From Thermotogota bacterium (GTDB lineage Bacteria > Thermotogota > Thermotogae > Petrotogales > Kosmotogaceae): 64,000 nucleotides of DNA. The stretch covers positions 48,161-112,160 of the forward strand of contig JAYEJL010000165.1 of assembly GCA_034660555.1 (NCBI GenBank), given 5' to 3'. A program made the translations under genes and the position numbers. Below the pieces are notes generated by a model. It did not search any database. It was not told the DNA's origin and worked only from the letters and a program-made list of their open reading frames with translations. This document shows, one piece after another, positions 51,363 to 60,912 of the stretch (positions within the stretch are counted from its first letter, which is position 1; each line of letters begins with the position of its first letter).

Positions 51363-52659
51363 CTTTGTAGCTTTTCTTCTCCGATCTCATACGCGCATTT
51401 TGGACTTTCCAATATATCCAAAAAACGGGGGAAACGAAAGCGTTTTTTTCCTTCGTTATTTTGCCTATCAATTTAGATGCCAATTTAGCACTTTCGTTGA
51501 ACGCAAAACGTGTAAGCGCTGTATATTCTTCCTGAACTTCTTTGGTTTCATAAACCTTTTGAAATAAATTATTCTGTAATGCTTCAATAGATTTTCTAAC
51601 ATACTCTTTTGTTTCTTTGCTCTTAAATAAGTACTTTCTGTACAAATCTTCCCATTGTCTCCAAAAAGCAAGTCCTTCAGGTTCGTTTGAATATGGTAAC
51701 GTGGATCCTGTATCTATTAACCAAATGGGTTTGTATGTTGAAATACATGGAGCACTGGTCCCCGTAGCCCATACAGTAGTTTTTTCATCAATTTCGCATA
51801 TCATCGATGCTGTGGTTTGATTTGAGATTAAACCACCCCCATGCATACAAATGTTTTTCATTGAACCCTTCTTTAAATTTGCATCGTACTGGTGATCTTT
51901 AAGAAGTTCAACCAATTTTTCCGGGCTAATATCTGGACTTTCATCCCTTATAAACGTTTCGGTTCTTTCTTTTCTCTTATCCGCACCACTAAAAAACGTG
52001 TACATTTTATTACCATAGGCTTTCGAAAATTCAAAGTCTTCTTCACTCTTACACCAATTCTTATCCACTGCATGTTTTACTGCTTCCGGATGAATAAGAT
52101 CAAAATCATTACCAATGGTCAACGAATTGGATATGGTACAAAGATCTACTGTTCTCTTTGCTGCCCAATATTCTCCTGCAGTTTCAAGCAGCCAACCTTC
52201 CTTATTATCAGCTATAAGAAAAGAATTGTGATAATTGAGTTCGCCGTAATATGCACCATTTCCACCCTGACCGTATTCTTCAAGGAGTCCTATGATTACT
52301 TTCAATGCTTGCTGTGCACTGGAAGATCTCTCAAGAGCCATTCTTAACATATCCATTCCCAACAGGCTTTTTTCTTCTACGGGTTCTTTTGTAAAGACTG
52401 CCTCGTTTCCAATAGCTACACCCTTATCGTTTATACCCATTTCTCCTCCCCATATCCATGACGGTTTTGAAAGGAGTATGCCATTGATTCGATCCACCTG
52501 TTTTACCTTAATATACGTTGTTTTTACATAATCTTCCTCCGGTTTAGAAGGAGGGAAATACACCATCGCTTGGGGTTCATTTGGGTGTCTATCACTATTT
52601 TTCGCAAACAGCGTCCTGTTTCCAAGTACCTTTTTTCCAATAAAAATCGTGTCACACAA
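51352..52659 (-). CDS. C69 family dipeptidase / secernin-like Ntn hydrolase
   Basis: N-terminal nucleophile (M)CDT, AKNSDR, WGGEMGIN..GVAIGNEAV. Confidence 0.88.
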   Translation of the reverse strand: MCDTIFIGKKVLGNRTLFAKNSDRHPNEPQAMVYFPPSKPEEDYVKTTYIKVKQVDRINGILLSKPSWIWGGEMGINDKGVAIGNEAVFTKEPVEEKSLLGMDMLRMALERSSSAQQALKVIIGLLEEYGQGGNGAYYGELNYHNSFLIADNKEGWLLETAGEYWAAKRTVDLCTISNSLTIGNDFDLIHPEAVKHAVDKNWCKSEEDFEFSKAYGNKMYTFFSGADKRKERTETFIRDESPDISPEKLVELLKDHQYDANLKKGSMKNICMHGGGLISNQTTASMICEIDEKTTVWATGTSAPCISTYKPIWLIDTGSTLPYSNEPEGLAFWRQWEDLYRKYLFKSKETKEYVRKSIEALQNNLFQKVYETKEVQEEYTALTRFAFNESAKLASKLIGKITKEKNAFVSPVFWIYWKVQNARMRSEKKSYKVKF

Positions 52660-52688
52660 TGATTTCAGCTCCTATCATAAATCCTGTA

Positions 52689-53429
52689 TCAAATGCTTCC
52701 AATAAACTCATGAATTGCAGCTAGATTTGCTTCCAGTGCATCTCTGCTCGGCAAAAAATCGATCCAGCTAAGAGAGTACGTTTCATACAGATAATCTGAA
52801 GGCCAGGGATAAATGTTTAGTGAATATTTTTCAAGAGAAGTAACCGCTCTTGGCATGTGAACCGCTGAAGTAACTAACAAAACATTCTTCCAGTTGTTAT
52901 CTTTACATGCTTCAGCAATAAATGCTGTATTTTCCAAAGTATTTCTGGCAGTACGATCAACGATAATATCTTCTTGACTGACTCCCCATGAAATGAGAGT
53001 GTTTTTCATTATCTGCCCTTCTGAAGTTGCTTCACGTCCCAAAGGTTTTCCTCCGGTAACTATAATTCTTTTGCCGGTTTTTTTGTAAATGTTGTAACCT
53101 TCCATCAGCCGATTAAGCGTGCTCTGATTGGTCTGCTCTCCATAAGGCGTTTGAACGATACCTCCTCCAAGAACTGCAACAACATCTAAATTAATAATTT
53201 CAGAAGGTCTTAAATACTTTGTTTCAAGGGGTTTTAAATACAATCTTGCTCCGATTCCTGTGGCAAGCAAATAAAAGAACAGGCTAACTAGCAACATTGC
53301 ATAACCTATCCTTTTAGTTACTGGAGATTCAGCTTTTTTTATTGTCATAAGTGACATTATCAAATATAAAACCACCAAAATTCCCGGTGGTGAAAGTATC
53401 ATTCCAAGTATTTTTTGAATGTAATACAT
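52689..53429 (-). CDS. YdcF/ElyC (DUF218) envelope protein, apparently cut 8 codons short by TGG>TGA
   Basis: VLGGG, VTGG, ARNTLEN, LVTSAVHMPRA, HEFIG; frame continues past stop as (W)YRIYDRS* to 52665. Confidence 0.85.
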   Translation of the reverse strand: MYYIQKILGMILSPPGILVVLYLIMSLMTIKKAESPVTKRIGYAMLLVSLFFYLLATGIGARLYLKPLETKYLRPSEIINLDVVAVLGGGIVQTPYGEQTNQSTLNRLMEGYNIYKKTGKRIIVTGGKPLGREATSEGQIMKNTLISWGVSQEDIIVDRTARNTLENTAFIAEACKDNNWKNVLLVTSAVHMPRAVTSLEKYSLNIYPWPSDYLYETYSLSWIDFLPSRDALEANLAAIHEFIGSI

Positions 53430-53434
53430 AAATT

Positions 53435-54160
53435 CTATGACTTCCCTCCAAATACTGCGATAAGTTGCGATATGTTATCCGTGACAATGTAATCACAGTG
53501 ATCTTTGACTTTAAGTGCAAGCGCCGGGTCGTTCAATGTCCAGAGAAGTATTCTGATTTCCCAGTGCCTTAACAAATCGATTAACTCAAACCCTTTTTCC
53601 AGTCCAACTTCATCAAATATTTGAACAGGTAGATGCAATGAATAAGGATTATATCTTTTTATCAACTCTTTAAAATATTCCAGAGGATCATCAGTCTTTG
53701 CCCTTTCATCAATAAGCATTCCTATGTGAGCCTCGGGAACATTATTCTTTAATACTTCAAGGCATTCGTGATGAAAAGAAGAAAAAATCGTTCTGTCAAG
53801 AGCTCCAAAACTATTAACCAGCTGGCCAACCAATGGTGCTGCTTCCACATCCTTAAGTTCTACATTTATTAATGAGTCATCGGGCATTTCAAGATAAAGC
53901 ATTTCCAGTGTAGTAAGGAGTTCTTCATTAATAAAACCTTTTTTCTTTAGATATTTAAAAGATGTTTCTTTAACATTCAATTTCTCTCCAGTGATCTTCT
54001 CCAGCTCGGGATCATGGGTGAGAACCATTGTAGAATCCTTCGTTAACCAAACATCGGTTTCAACACCATCTGCTCCTACCTGAATGGCTTTTATTAGTGA
54101 AAGTAAAGAATTTTCTCCACAACCAGCACCCATTCCTCTATGTCCCAAAATTCCTGGCAT
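53435..54160 (-). CDS. Glycerophosphodiester phosphodiesterase
   Basis: GHRG, ENS, ETDV.LTKD, HD, NVELK, WTLN, VTD. Confidence 0.9.
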   Translation of the reverse strand: MPGILGHRGMGAGCGENSLLSLIKAIQVGADGVETDVWLTKDSTMVLTHDPELEKITGEKLNVKETSFKYLKKKGFINEELLTTLEMLYLEMPDDSLINVELKDVEAAPLVGQLVNSFGALDRTIFSSFHHECLEVLKNNVPEAHIGMLIDERAKTDDPLEYFKELIKRYNPYSLHLPVQIFDEVGLEKGFELIDLLRHWEIRILLWTLNDPALALKVKDHCDYIVTDNISQLIAVFGGKS

Positions 54161-54361
54161 AATATCGCCTCCAGTAAGCTTAACTTAATAAATTCTTTAA
54201 TTCAGAACGTTGTCTAAAAGAGAAAGCAAGCGTATAAAGTTGTTAATCATTTTATATGCTTATAAATAACGATGTCTTGTTTTTCACAGACCCCCTTTAA
54301 AATTTTATAATATTAAATGAAGTACACAGTACATTATAATATTTTAGGAGGCTAGAAAAAA

Positions 54362-54673
54362 GTGAGAAGGCTCACCGATCATCCTATACTTTCCTTTAGA
54401 AGGGGCAAAAAAATTACTTTTTACTTTGAAGGACAGGAGCTAAAAGCTTATGAAGGCGAAACGATAGCTGTAGCTTTACATGCAAATGGTATCAAAAACT
54501 TGAGAAAGACTCCCAAAAGAAAACGCAATCAGGGATTTTTCTGCGCAATTGGAAAGTGCTCATCTTGTCTTATGGAAGTTAATGGAATACCAAATGTAAG
54601 AACCTGTATTACACGCGTCAAGGAAGGTATGTCAGTTAGAAGGCAACAGGGAAGAGGTGAGATAATTGACTGA
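54362..54673 (+). CDS. (2Fe-2S)-binding subunit of proline/sarcosine dehydrogenase complex
   Basis: GETIAVAL, FCAIGKCSSC, VRTC. Confidence 0.85.
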   Translation: MRRLTDHPILSFRRGKKITFYFEGQELKAYEGETIAVALHANGIKNLRKTPKRKRNQGFFCAIGKCSSCLMEVNGIPNVRTCITRVKEGMSVRRQQGRGEIID

Positions 54674-56480
54674 TCTTCATGTTCTGATAGCTGGTGGTGG
54701 ACCTGCAGGACTCGCTACAGCAATAGAAGCTGGTAAGGTAGGTCTCAATGTACTGATTGTTGACGAAGGAATAGAACCAGGTGGTCAATTGGTAAAACAA
54801 ACCCACAAATTTTTTGGAAATGAGAATTTCTATGCTTCCGTACGGGGATTTGAAATAGCACAGGAACTTCTTAAAGAGATATCGAATATGAAAAATGTTG
54901 AAATTTTACCCGAATCAACTGTTATTGGTATTTATGATAAAGGTATCCCGGTTCTTAATAGAGAAACCGATAGGGTTGATCTTCTGAAGCCTGAACGAAT
55001 AGTAATTGCAACCGGTGCATCAGAGAAATTCCTTCAGTTTGAAAACAATGACTTGCCAGGTGTATATGGCGCTGGAGCTGTTCAAACATTAATGAATCAG
55101 TATGGTATTTTACCGGGTGAAAACATTCTAATCATCGGTTCAGGAAACATTGGTCTTATTGTAAGTTACCAGCTGGAACAGGCTGGGGCTAACGTAAAAG
55201 CTATTGTTGAAGCTGCAGATCGTATTGGAGGGTATGAAGTTCACGCTAGAAAGGCAAAAAGACTCGGTATACCAATACTTTTAAAGCATACTATAAAAAA
55301 GGCGCTGGGGATTACTCAGGTTGAAGGTGCAGTTATTACAGAAGTTGATGAAAACTGGCAAATGATTCCCAGTAAAGAGAGAGAATTTGTTGTGGATACA
55401 ATATGTATAGCAACGGGATTGACACCTTCCGTTGAACTTGTTTCCCAGGCAGGTGGAAATATCAAGTACATACCTGAACTTGGAGGATATGTTCCAGAAA
55501 GAAATATAGACATGAGAACCACTGTTAACAATGTTTTCGTAGCTGGTGATGTAAGTGGAATTGAAGAAGCTACAACAGCTATGATTGAAGGAAGAATAGC
55601 TGGATTAAACATTGCCAGAGATTTATCAAAGAAAATCGATGAGAACAGATTGAATGATTTAAAAGAACAGATCAAAAATTTTAGAAGCGGTCCTACATCC
55701 CAAAAGGTTTGTAGCGGACTACAAAAACTTGGTTTCACAATTGAGAGAGAAAAATTTGTAGAAAAAAACGATGATGACTTCAAAAAATATGAAGGCAAAA
55801 AACGACCTATCATAGAATGTCCTGAGCCAATTCCATGCAATCCCTGTGAAACAAGCTGCCCCGTTGGGGCAATTACTGTTGGAGAAAATATTAACAGTAT
55901 TCCCACAATAGACTACGAAAAATGTACTGGATGTGGTATTTGTGTCTCAAAATGTCCGGGGTTGGCAATATTTATGATTCAGGAGCTACTGGATTCCAAC
56001 AAAGCCATAATAGGTATTCCGTATGAATTCTTACCACTTCCTCAAAAAAATGATACTGTTTACGTATTATCAAGAGATGGCGAAATACTGGATACTGGTG
56101 AAGTTACTCAGGTGACAGATTTTGGAAATAAATCACCTGTGGTATATGTAAAAATAGATAGGGAACACATTGAGGATGCCAGACACATAAAACCAGTGAC
56201 TCATTCGAGAAACGATTATGTATGTCGCTGTGAAGAGATAACTGTTGAAGATATTGAGAAAGCAATTGATGAAGGTTACACAGATTTTGAAGAATTGAGG
56301 AGATATTTAAGAATAGCGATGGGTCCCTGCGGTGGTCGAACGTGCAGACTTAACGCATTGAAGATACTCTCAAGAAAAACTGGGATCCCCGTAGAAAAAT
56401 TGGATCCCGGTAATCTTAGACCCCCAGCAGTACCAACAACTTTCAAAACCATTTCAGAAGGAAGTGAAAAAAATGAATAG
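54666..56480 (+). CDS. FAD/NAD oxidoreductase alpha subunit fused to 4Fe-4S dicluster and BFD-like 2Fe-2S domains
   Basis: GGGPAG, IATGA, VAGDVSGIEEA; CNPCETSCP and CTGCGICVSKCP; CRCEE...GPCGGRTC; RPP. Confidence 0.88.
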   Translation: MTDLHVLIAGGGPAGLATAIEAGKVGLNVLIVDEGIEPGGQLVKQTHKFFGNENFYASVRGFEIAQELLKEISNMKNVEILPESTVIGIYDKGIPVLNRETDRVDLLKPERIVIATGASEKFLQFENNDLPGVYGAGAVQTLMNQYGILPGENILIIGSGNIGLIVSYQLEQAGANVKAIVEAADRIGGYEVHARKAKRLGIPILLKHTIKKALGITQVEGAVITEVDENWQMIPSKEREFVVDTICIATGLTPSVELVSQAGGNIKYIPELGGYVPERNIDMRTTVNNVFVAGDVSGIEEATTAMIEGRIAGLNIARDLSKKIDENRLNDLKEQIKNFRSGPTSQKVCSGLQKLGFTIEREKFVEKNDDDFKKYEGKKRPIIECPEPIPCNPCETSCPVGAITVGENINSIPTIDYEKCTGCGICVSKCPGLAIFMIQELLDSNKAIIGIPYEFLPLPQKNDTVYVLSRDGEILDTGEVTQVTDFGNKSPVVYVKIDREHIEDARHIKPVTHSRNDYVCRCEEITVEDIEKAIDEGYTDFEELRRYLRIAMGPCGGRTCRLNALKILSRKTGIPVEKLDPGNLRPPAVPTTFKTISEGSEKNE

Positions 56481-57612
56481 CGCTTCTGCTGTTATTATAG
56501 GTGGAGGAATAATCGGAACTTCAATTGCTTACCATCTATGCAAGAATGGTATAAATGATATCGTTCTCCTTGAAAAGGACTATTTATCAGCAGGATCAAC
56601 AGGGCGTTGCGGAGGTGGGATTCGTCAACAGTGGAGTGAAAGGCCAAACGTTAGATTGGCCATGAGAAGTGTAGAGCTGTTCAATAAATTCAAAAAGGAT
56701 ATTGGAATGGATATTGAATACTATCAGGGTGGTTATCTGCTTTTAGCATTTACTGACGAAGAGGTTGAATTGTTTGAAAACAATGTAAAAATGCAGAAAG
56801 AGGAAGGATTGGATGTTAATTTTCTTTCGAAGAAAGAAACTGCAGAAAAATTCCCCTATATAAACACCTCTGATGTAAAAGCAGCAGCATTTTGTTCATC
56901 AGATGGGCATGCAAATCCTCATCTTGCCACTATGGGATATGCCAAAGCTGCTGCAAAACGTGGAGCCAGAATCTTAACCCGCACAAAAGCTACTGACATA
57001 GATGTTTCTAACAACTCAATAAAGGGAGTAAACACAGATAAAGGTTACATAAAGACATCGCTGGTAATAAACGCAGCGGGTGGCTATTCTCACGAAGTGG
57101 GTAAAATGGCTGGTATAGACTTACCAACAGAATCATACAGACATCAGATTTTTGTCACCGAACCAGTTGAACACCTTATGGATCCTCTTGTTATAAGCTT
57201 TGAGAAAAATTTCTATATAAGACAAACCAAATCTGGAAACTTTATTATGGGACAGGGTGATGAAGATGAAAAACCCAGCCACAACGAAAATCCGGGCTGG
57301 AGATTTCTTACTGAAATGACAGAGAAGATGCCCAAATTCTTCCCGTTTCTAAAACAAATGAGAGTTCTAAGGCACTGGGCAGGACTTTATAACATGTCAC
57401 CCGATGCGCTTCCAATAATTGATAAATCATCAGAAATAACTGATTTCTATTATGCGGTTGGATTCAGTGGACACGGTTTCATGCTTGCTCCCGCTGTGGG
57501 AGAAGCGATGGCTGAATGGATAGTACACGGAGAAACTAAACATGTAGATATTTCAAATCTTAATATAGAACGTTTTGCAAAAGGTGTTACAAGAGAAAAA
57601 AACGTTGTTTAA
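56473..57612 (+). CDS. FAD-dependent proline dehydrogenase / sarcosine oxidase beta-type subunit
   Basis: GGGIIG, GSTGRCGGGIRQQ, WAGLY..SPD, GFSGHGFMLAP. Confidence 0.88.
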   Translation: MNSASAVIIGGGIIGTSIAYHLCKNGINDIVLLEKDYLSAGSTGRCGGGIRQQWSERPNVRLAMRSVELFNKFKKDIGMDIEYYQGGYLLLAFTDEEVELFENNVKMQKEEGLDVNFLSKKETAEKFPYINTSDVKAAAFCSSDGHANPHLATMGYAKAAAKRGARILTRTKATDIDVSNNSIKGVNTDKGYIKTSLVINAAGGYSHEVGKMAGIDLPTESYRHQIFVTEPVEHLMDPLVISFEKNFYIRQTKSGNFIMGQGDEDEKPSHNENPGWRFLTEMTEKMPKFFPFLKQMRVLRHWAGLYNMSPDALPIIDKSSEITDFYYAVGFSGHGFMLAPAVGEAMAEWIVHGETKHVDISNLNIERFAKGVTREKNVV

Positions 57613-57626
57613 AGGAGGTATTAGAG

Positions 57627-59201
57627 ATGACAGAAGCAAGTGATTACATGATTCTGCCACCATTTAAAAATGAAGGTTACATTGATCCATCAAATCCCGA
57701 AGTAAGGAGGAAAATGAAAGAAGCCCTTGATAAGGTGAGCAATGAAAAACGTCATTTTGACCTTATAATAGGGGGCAAACATCAGAAGACAGACAGAGTT
57801 ACTGAATCAAGAAACCCAAGTAATCCTTCAGAAATAGTGGGTACCGTTTCCAAAGCAGACAAAAAAATTATCGATTCTGCAATGGATGTTGCCTGGAAAA
57901 CCTTTGAAACATGGAAGCACACCCCTGTAAAAGAACGTGTTAAACCATTTTTAAAGGCTGCTCAAATAATGAGAGAAAGGCGTTATGAGCTCGATGCTAC
58001 CATGATTCTTGAAGTGGGAAAAAACTGGATCGAAGCTGATGGAGATCTTGCAGAAGCAATAGATTTTCTGGAATTTTACGCACGTGAAGCAGTAAGATAT
58101 GCTTCACCTCAACCGGTTATTCAAATACCACCGGAAAAAAACGAGCTTGTCTACATACCTCTGGGTGTTGGAGCCGTCATACCCCCATGGAATTTTTGTA
58201 GCGCTATCATGGCAGGAATGACAACTGCAGCAGCGATTTCCGGAAACTGTGTTTTACAAAAACCGGCAAGTGACGCTCCGATAATTGCAGCAAAATTTGT
58301 TGAGATACTTCATGAAGCAGGCTTACCTGAAGGCGTCATAAATTTTGTTCCCGGTAGCGGTAGCGAAATAGGAGACTATATTGTTGAACATCCAAGAACT
58401 CGTTTCATTTCATTCACAGGATCAAGGGAAGTTGGTTTGAGAATAAATGAACTCGCAGCCAAACATCAAGAAGGCCAGAAGTGGTTAAAACGAGTCGTTC
58501 TCGAAATGGGCGGAAAAGATGCCGTAGTTGTTGATGAAACAGCTGATCTTGAAGCTGCTGCAGAAGGATGCGTGACCTCTGCCTTTGGTTTTCAGGGGCA
58601 AAAGTGTTCTGCCGGTTCACGGATCATTGCTGTAGAGTCAATCTATGATAAATTACTCGAAAAAGTTGTTGAGAAGTCAGAGAAAATCAAAGTTGGCGAT
58701 GTAAGAGATCCTGAAAACTGGCTTGGACCTGTTATAAATGAAGGTGCCCAGAAAAAGATCATGAAATATATAGAAATTGGCAAAAAGGAAGGCAAAATAG
58801 CCTGTGGCGGAGAAACTGTAGATGATCTACCTGGATTTTTCATAAAACCAACCGTCATAGAAGGTATCAAACGTGATGACAGAGTATCACAGGAAGAGAT
58901 CTTTGGACCAGTTACATCATTTATCAAAGCAAAGGATTTCAATGATGCAATGAATATAGCTAACAGCACGGAATATGGTTTGACAGGTGCTCTGTACAGC
59001 AAAGATAGAAACAGAATTGAGAAGGCAAAAAAAGTATTCCATGTGGGTAATCTTTATTTCAACAGAAAATGTACGGGCGCTCTGGTTGGTGTCCAACCCT
59101 TCGGTGGATTTAACATGTCAGGAACCGACTCCAAAGCCGGAGGAAGAGACTACCTGTTGTTATTCCAGCAGGCAAAATCCATATCTGAAAAAATATTATA
59201 A
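57627..59201 (+). CDS. pruA: L-glutamate gamma-semialdehyde (P5C) dehydrogenase
   Basis: PWNF, FTGS, LEMGGKD, FQGQKCSA, EEIFGP, NRKCTGALVGVQPFGGFNMSGTDSKAGG. Confidence 0.93.
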   Translation: MTEASDYMILPPFKNEGYIDPSNPEVRRKMKEALDKVSNEKRHFDLIIGGKHQKTDRVTESRNPSNPSEIVGTVSKADKKIIDSAMDVAWKTFETWKHTPVKERVKPFLKAAQIMRERRYELDATMILEVGKNWIEADGDLAEAIDFLEFYAREAVRYASPQPVIQIPPEKNELVYIPLGVGAVIPPWNFCSAIMAGMTTAAAISGNCVLQKPASDAPIIAAKFVEILHEAGLPEGVINFVPGSGSEIGDYIVEHPRTRFISFTGSREVGLRINELAAKHQEGQKWLKRVVLEMGGKDAVVVDETADLEAAAEGCVTSAFGFQGQKCSAGSRIIAVESIYDKLLEKVVEKSEKIKVGDVRDPENWLGPVINEGAQKKIMKYIEIGKKEGKIACGGETVDDLPGFFIKPTVIEGIKRDDRVSQEEIFGPVTSFIKAKDFNDAMNIANSTEYGLTGALYSKDRNRIEKAKKVFHVGNLYFNRKCTGALVGVQPFGGFNMSGTDSKAGGRDYLLLFQQAKSISEKIL

Positions 59202-59220
59202 ACTGAACCCTGCTTAAACA

Positions 59221-59258
59221 AAACGGTGCCTTGAAGGCACCGTTTATTTCTTTTTTTA
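59221..59258. terminator. Terminator between pruA and convergent gene
   Basis: AAACGGTGCCT/AGGCACCGTTT stem plus T-rich tail. Confidence 0.8.
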
Positions 59259-59294
59259 CAAATTATCTGCTAGATTATTTACTGACATTTCACA

Positions 59295-59666
59295 CTACTG
59301 AACAGTGTAGCCTGCAATTATCAAACTAATGTTTATCAATGTTCCTCCAAGACCCCAGAGGGCTGCTGAGCCTTTTCTGGCTCTTTTGTAGGATTCAATA
59401 TAGGTTGAAATAAGTCCTGGTTCATCAACAAGCGATTCTATATAAATCAACCTTTCATTAGGAACAGAATAATTTCTCACAAATGAAACTACCGGTGTCA
59501 ACACCGGAAAAAGAACACCCAAAAACAATGTGCCCAGTTTTCTGACATCCTGCCTAGCATGTTCCTTTGCCAGTGTTCTTACCTTTGAAGCGCTTATTGA
59601 GCTTGCACAGAGCATAGAAGCAAGACCGATAATTAACAAAATTACGACGAACTTCTTCACATACAT
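59295..59666 (-). CDS. Hypothetical exported/membrane protein
   Basis: Signal peptide, two further hydrophobic segments, GGGGGAG RBS (start may be GTG 59660). Confidence 0.65.
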   Translation of the reverse strand: MYVKKFVVILLIIGLASMLCASSISASKVRTLAKEHARQDVRKLGTLFLGVLFPVLTPVVSFVRNYSVPNERLIYIESLVDEPGLISTYIESYKRARKGSAALWGLGGTLINISLIIAGYTVQ

Positions 59667-59683
59667 CTCCCCCTTGATAATTT

Positions 59684-59713
59684 AAAAACGGTACCTTTCT
59701 CAAGGTACCGTTT
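59684..59713 (-). terminator. Terminator after small beta-barrel-like gene
   Basis: AAACGGTACCTT/AAGGTACCGTTT stem followed by T tract on minus strand. Confidence 0.8.
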
Positions 59714-59729
59714 CAACCAATCAAATTAT

Positions 59730-60158
59730 TTAAAACGTCACTGTTACTCCAATCCATGGAGCCGGTATTGGAATAATTGCTGTTAATACTCCCCAGAAGA
59801 CATTCAGTCCACCTGACAAATAAAGATAATCAAAACGTGAGTCCTTCATAGGAAGTGGGTATGTTATACCCGCTCCTGCATTTAAACCCAAAACCAGTGC
59901 GTTGGGTCCAACTTCCCAGTAAAAATTAACTTTTTCAGGTTCCACGGGATTGAAATAACTTCTCCAAGTATAACCAAGGATTGATATTCCCTGAACACTC
60001 GTAATTTGACCTGCTTCATTAAGCTTTGGCCAGCCATACACTATCGTATCCCATCCTGCCCAGGTTAATTTACTTTCACCTACATTTGCCTCTTCAGCTG
60101 AAAACGCACACACTGCCATAACAGATAGAACAAGCATCAACAAAAGTACTTTTTTCAT
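59730..60158 (-). CDS. Small exported beta-strand-rich protein, putative outer-membrane barrel (paralog 1)
   Basis: Signal peptide, aromatic amphipathic strands, C-terminal WIGVTVTF; GGAGG RBS. Confidence 0.75.
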   Translation of the reverse strand: MKKVLLLMLVLSVMAVCAFSAEEANVGESKLTWAGWDTIVYGWPKLNEAGQITSVQGISILGYTWRSYFNPVEPEKVNFYWEVGPNALVLGLNAGAGITYPLPMKDSRFDYLYLSGGLNVFWGVLTAIIPIPAPWIGVTVTF

Positions 60159-60344
60159 TCTAGCACCTCCCCTATAATGATTATTTATTAATCTCTAATG
60201 CATACAACTCAAATTTTAAACTTTATATAAACAAAAAACCAAATATTTTCTGTTGTCTATCCAACAAAATATTCTTCTGGGGCCAAAGTTTAAAGTTTAT
60301 ACAAAAATAGAACCAAAAACAGTTATGGTCTTTTATTACATTGC

Positions 60345-60803
60345 CTAGAAAGTTACAGCAGCACCTATCCAAGGATAAGGAAAAATAATGTCATACAAAA
60401 TTTCTGAAAGATCCCCAGTTAAAAAACTCCAGGCAGATATTGTAACACGTAAACCTCCCGTAAGATAAAGATGGTCAAACTGCCCACTCTTTAATGGGAG
60501 AGGATATGTTAGTCCTACTCCAGCTTCAACACCAAGAAAAGCTGCATTTAAGCCAGCCTCCCAGTAAAAATTGACTTTTTCAGGTTCCATTGGGTTAAAA
60601 TAATTTCTCCAGGCATATCCTATGAGTGATATTCCTTGAATACTTGTTATTTGACCTGCACCATTAAGAGTAGGCCAGCCATATACTATGGTATCCCAGC
60701 CTGCCCAGGTAAGTTTACCGTCACCAATACCTGCTCCATTTACTGCAAAACCGAAGGTTGCAAATAAAGAGATTAGAATAACAAATAGCAATGCTTTTTT
60801 CAT
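60345..60803 (-). CDS. Small exported beta-strand-rich protein, putative outer-membrane barrel (paralog 2)
   Basis: MKKALL signal peptide from ATG 60803 after AGGAGG; C-terminal WIGAAVTF; 46 of 55 residues identical to paralog 1 in the core. Confidence 0.75.
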   Translation of the reverse strand: MKKALLFVILISLFATFGFAVNGAGIGDGKLTWAGWDTIVYGWPTLNGAGQITSIQGISLIGYAWRNYFNPMEPEKVNFYWEAGLNAAFLGVEAGVGLTYPLPLKSGQFDHLYLTGGLRVTISAWSFLTGDLSEILYDIIFPYPWIGAAVTF

Positions 60804-60912
60804 TAAATAACACCTCCTACTAAAAATTGTTAATACTATCCTCAACAGATATTTTAACGTGTTTTGCCTTCAAAAACCTAATGCATTAAAAAGTTTAAGT
60901 TGAAAAAAACAA

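Noticed and set aside
47886..52659. RiPP cluster around tldD/tldE and the C69 peptidase
   Set aside because: No precursor peptide, YcaO, radical SAM or exporter; tldDE are commonly housekeeping
46215..52691. Stop-codon reassignment (TGA or TAG read as Trp, Sec or Pyl)
   Set aside because: All three stop types interrupt genes, and TGA/TAG end intact genes at conserved C-termini (gdhA ends RGIYP-TGA); nonsense mutation is the simpler explanation
59221..59713. Similar hairpins AAACGGTGCC and AAACGGTACC as a repeat family or CRISPR
   Set aside because: Only two copies, each placed as an ordinary terminator; no spacers or cas genes
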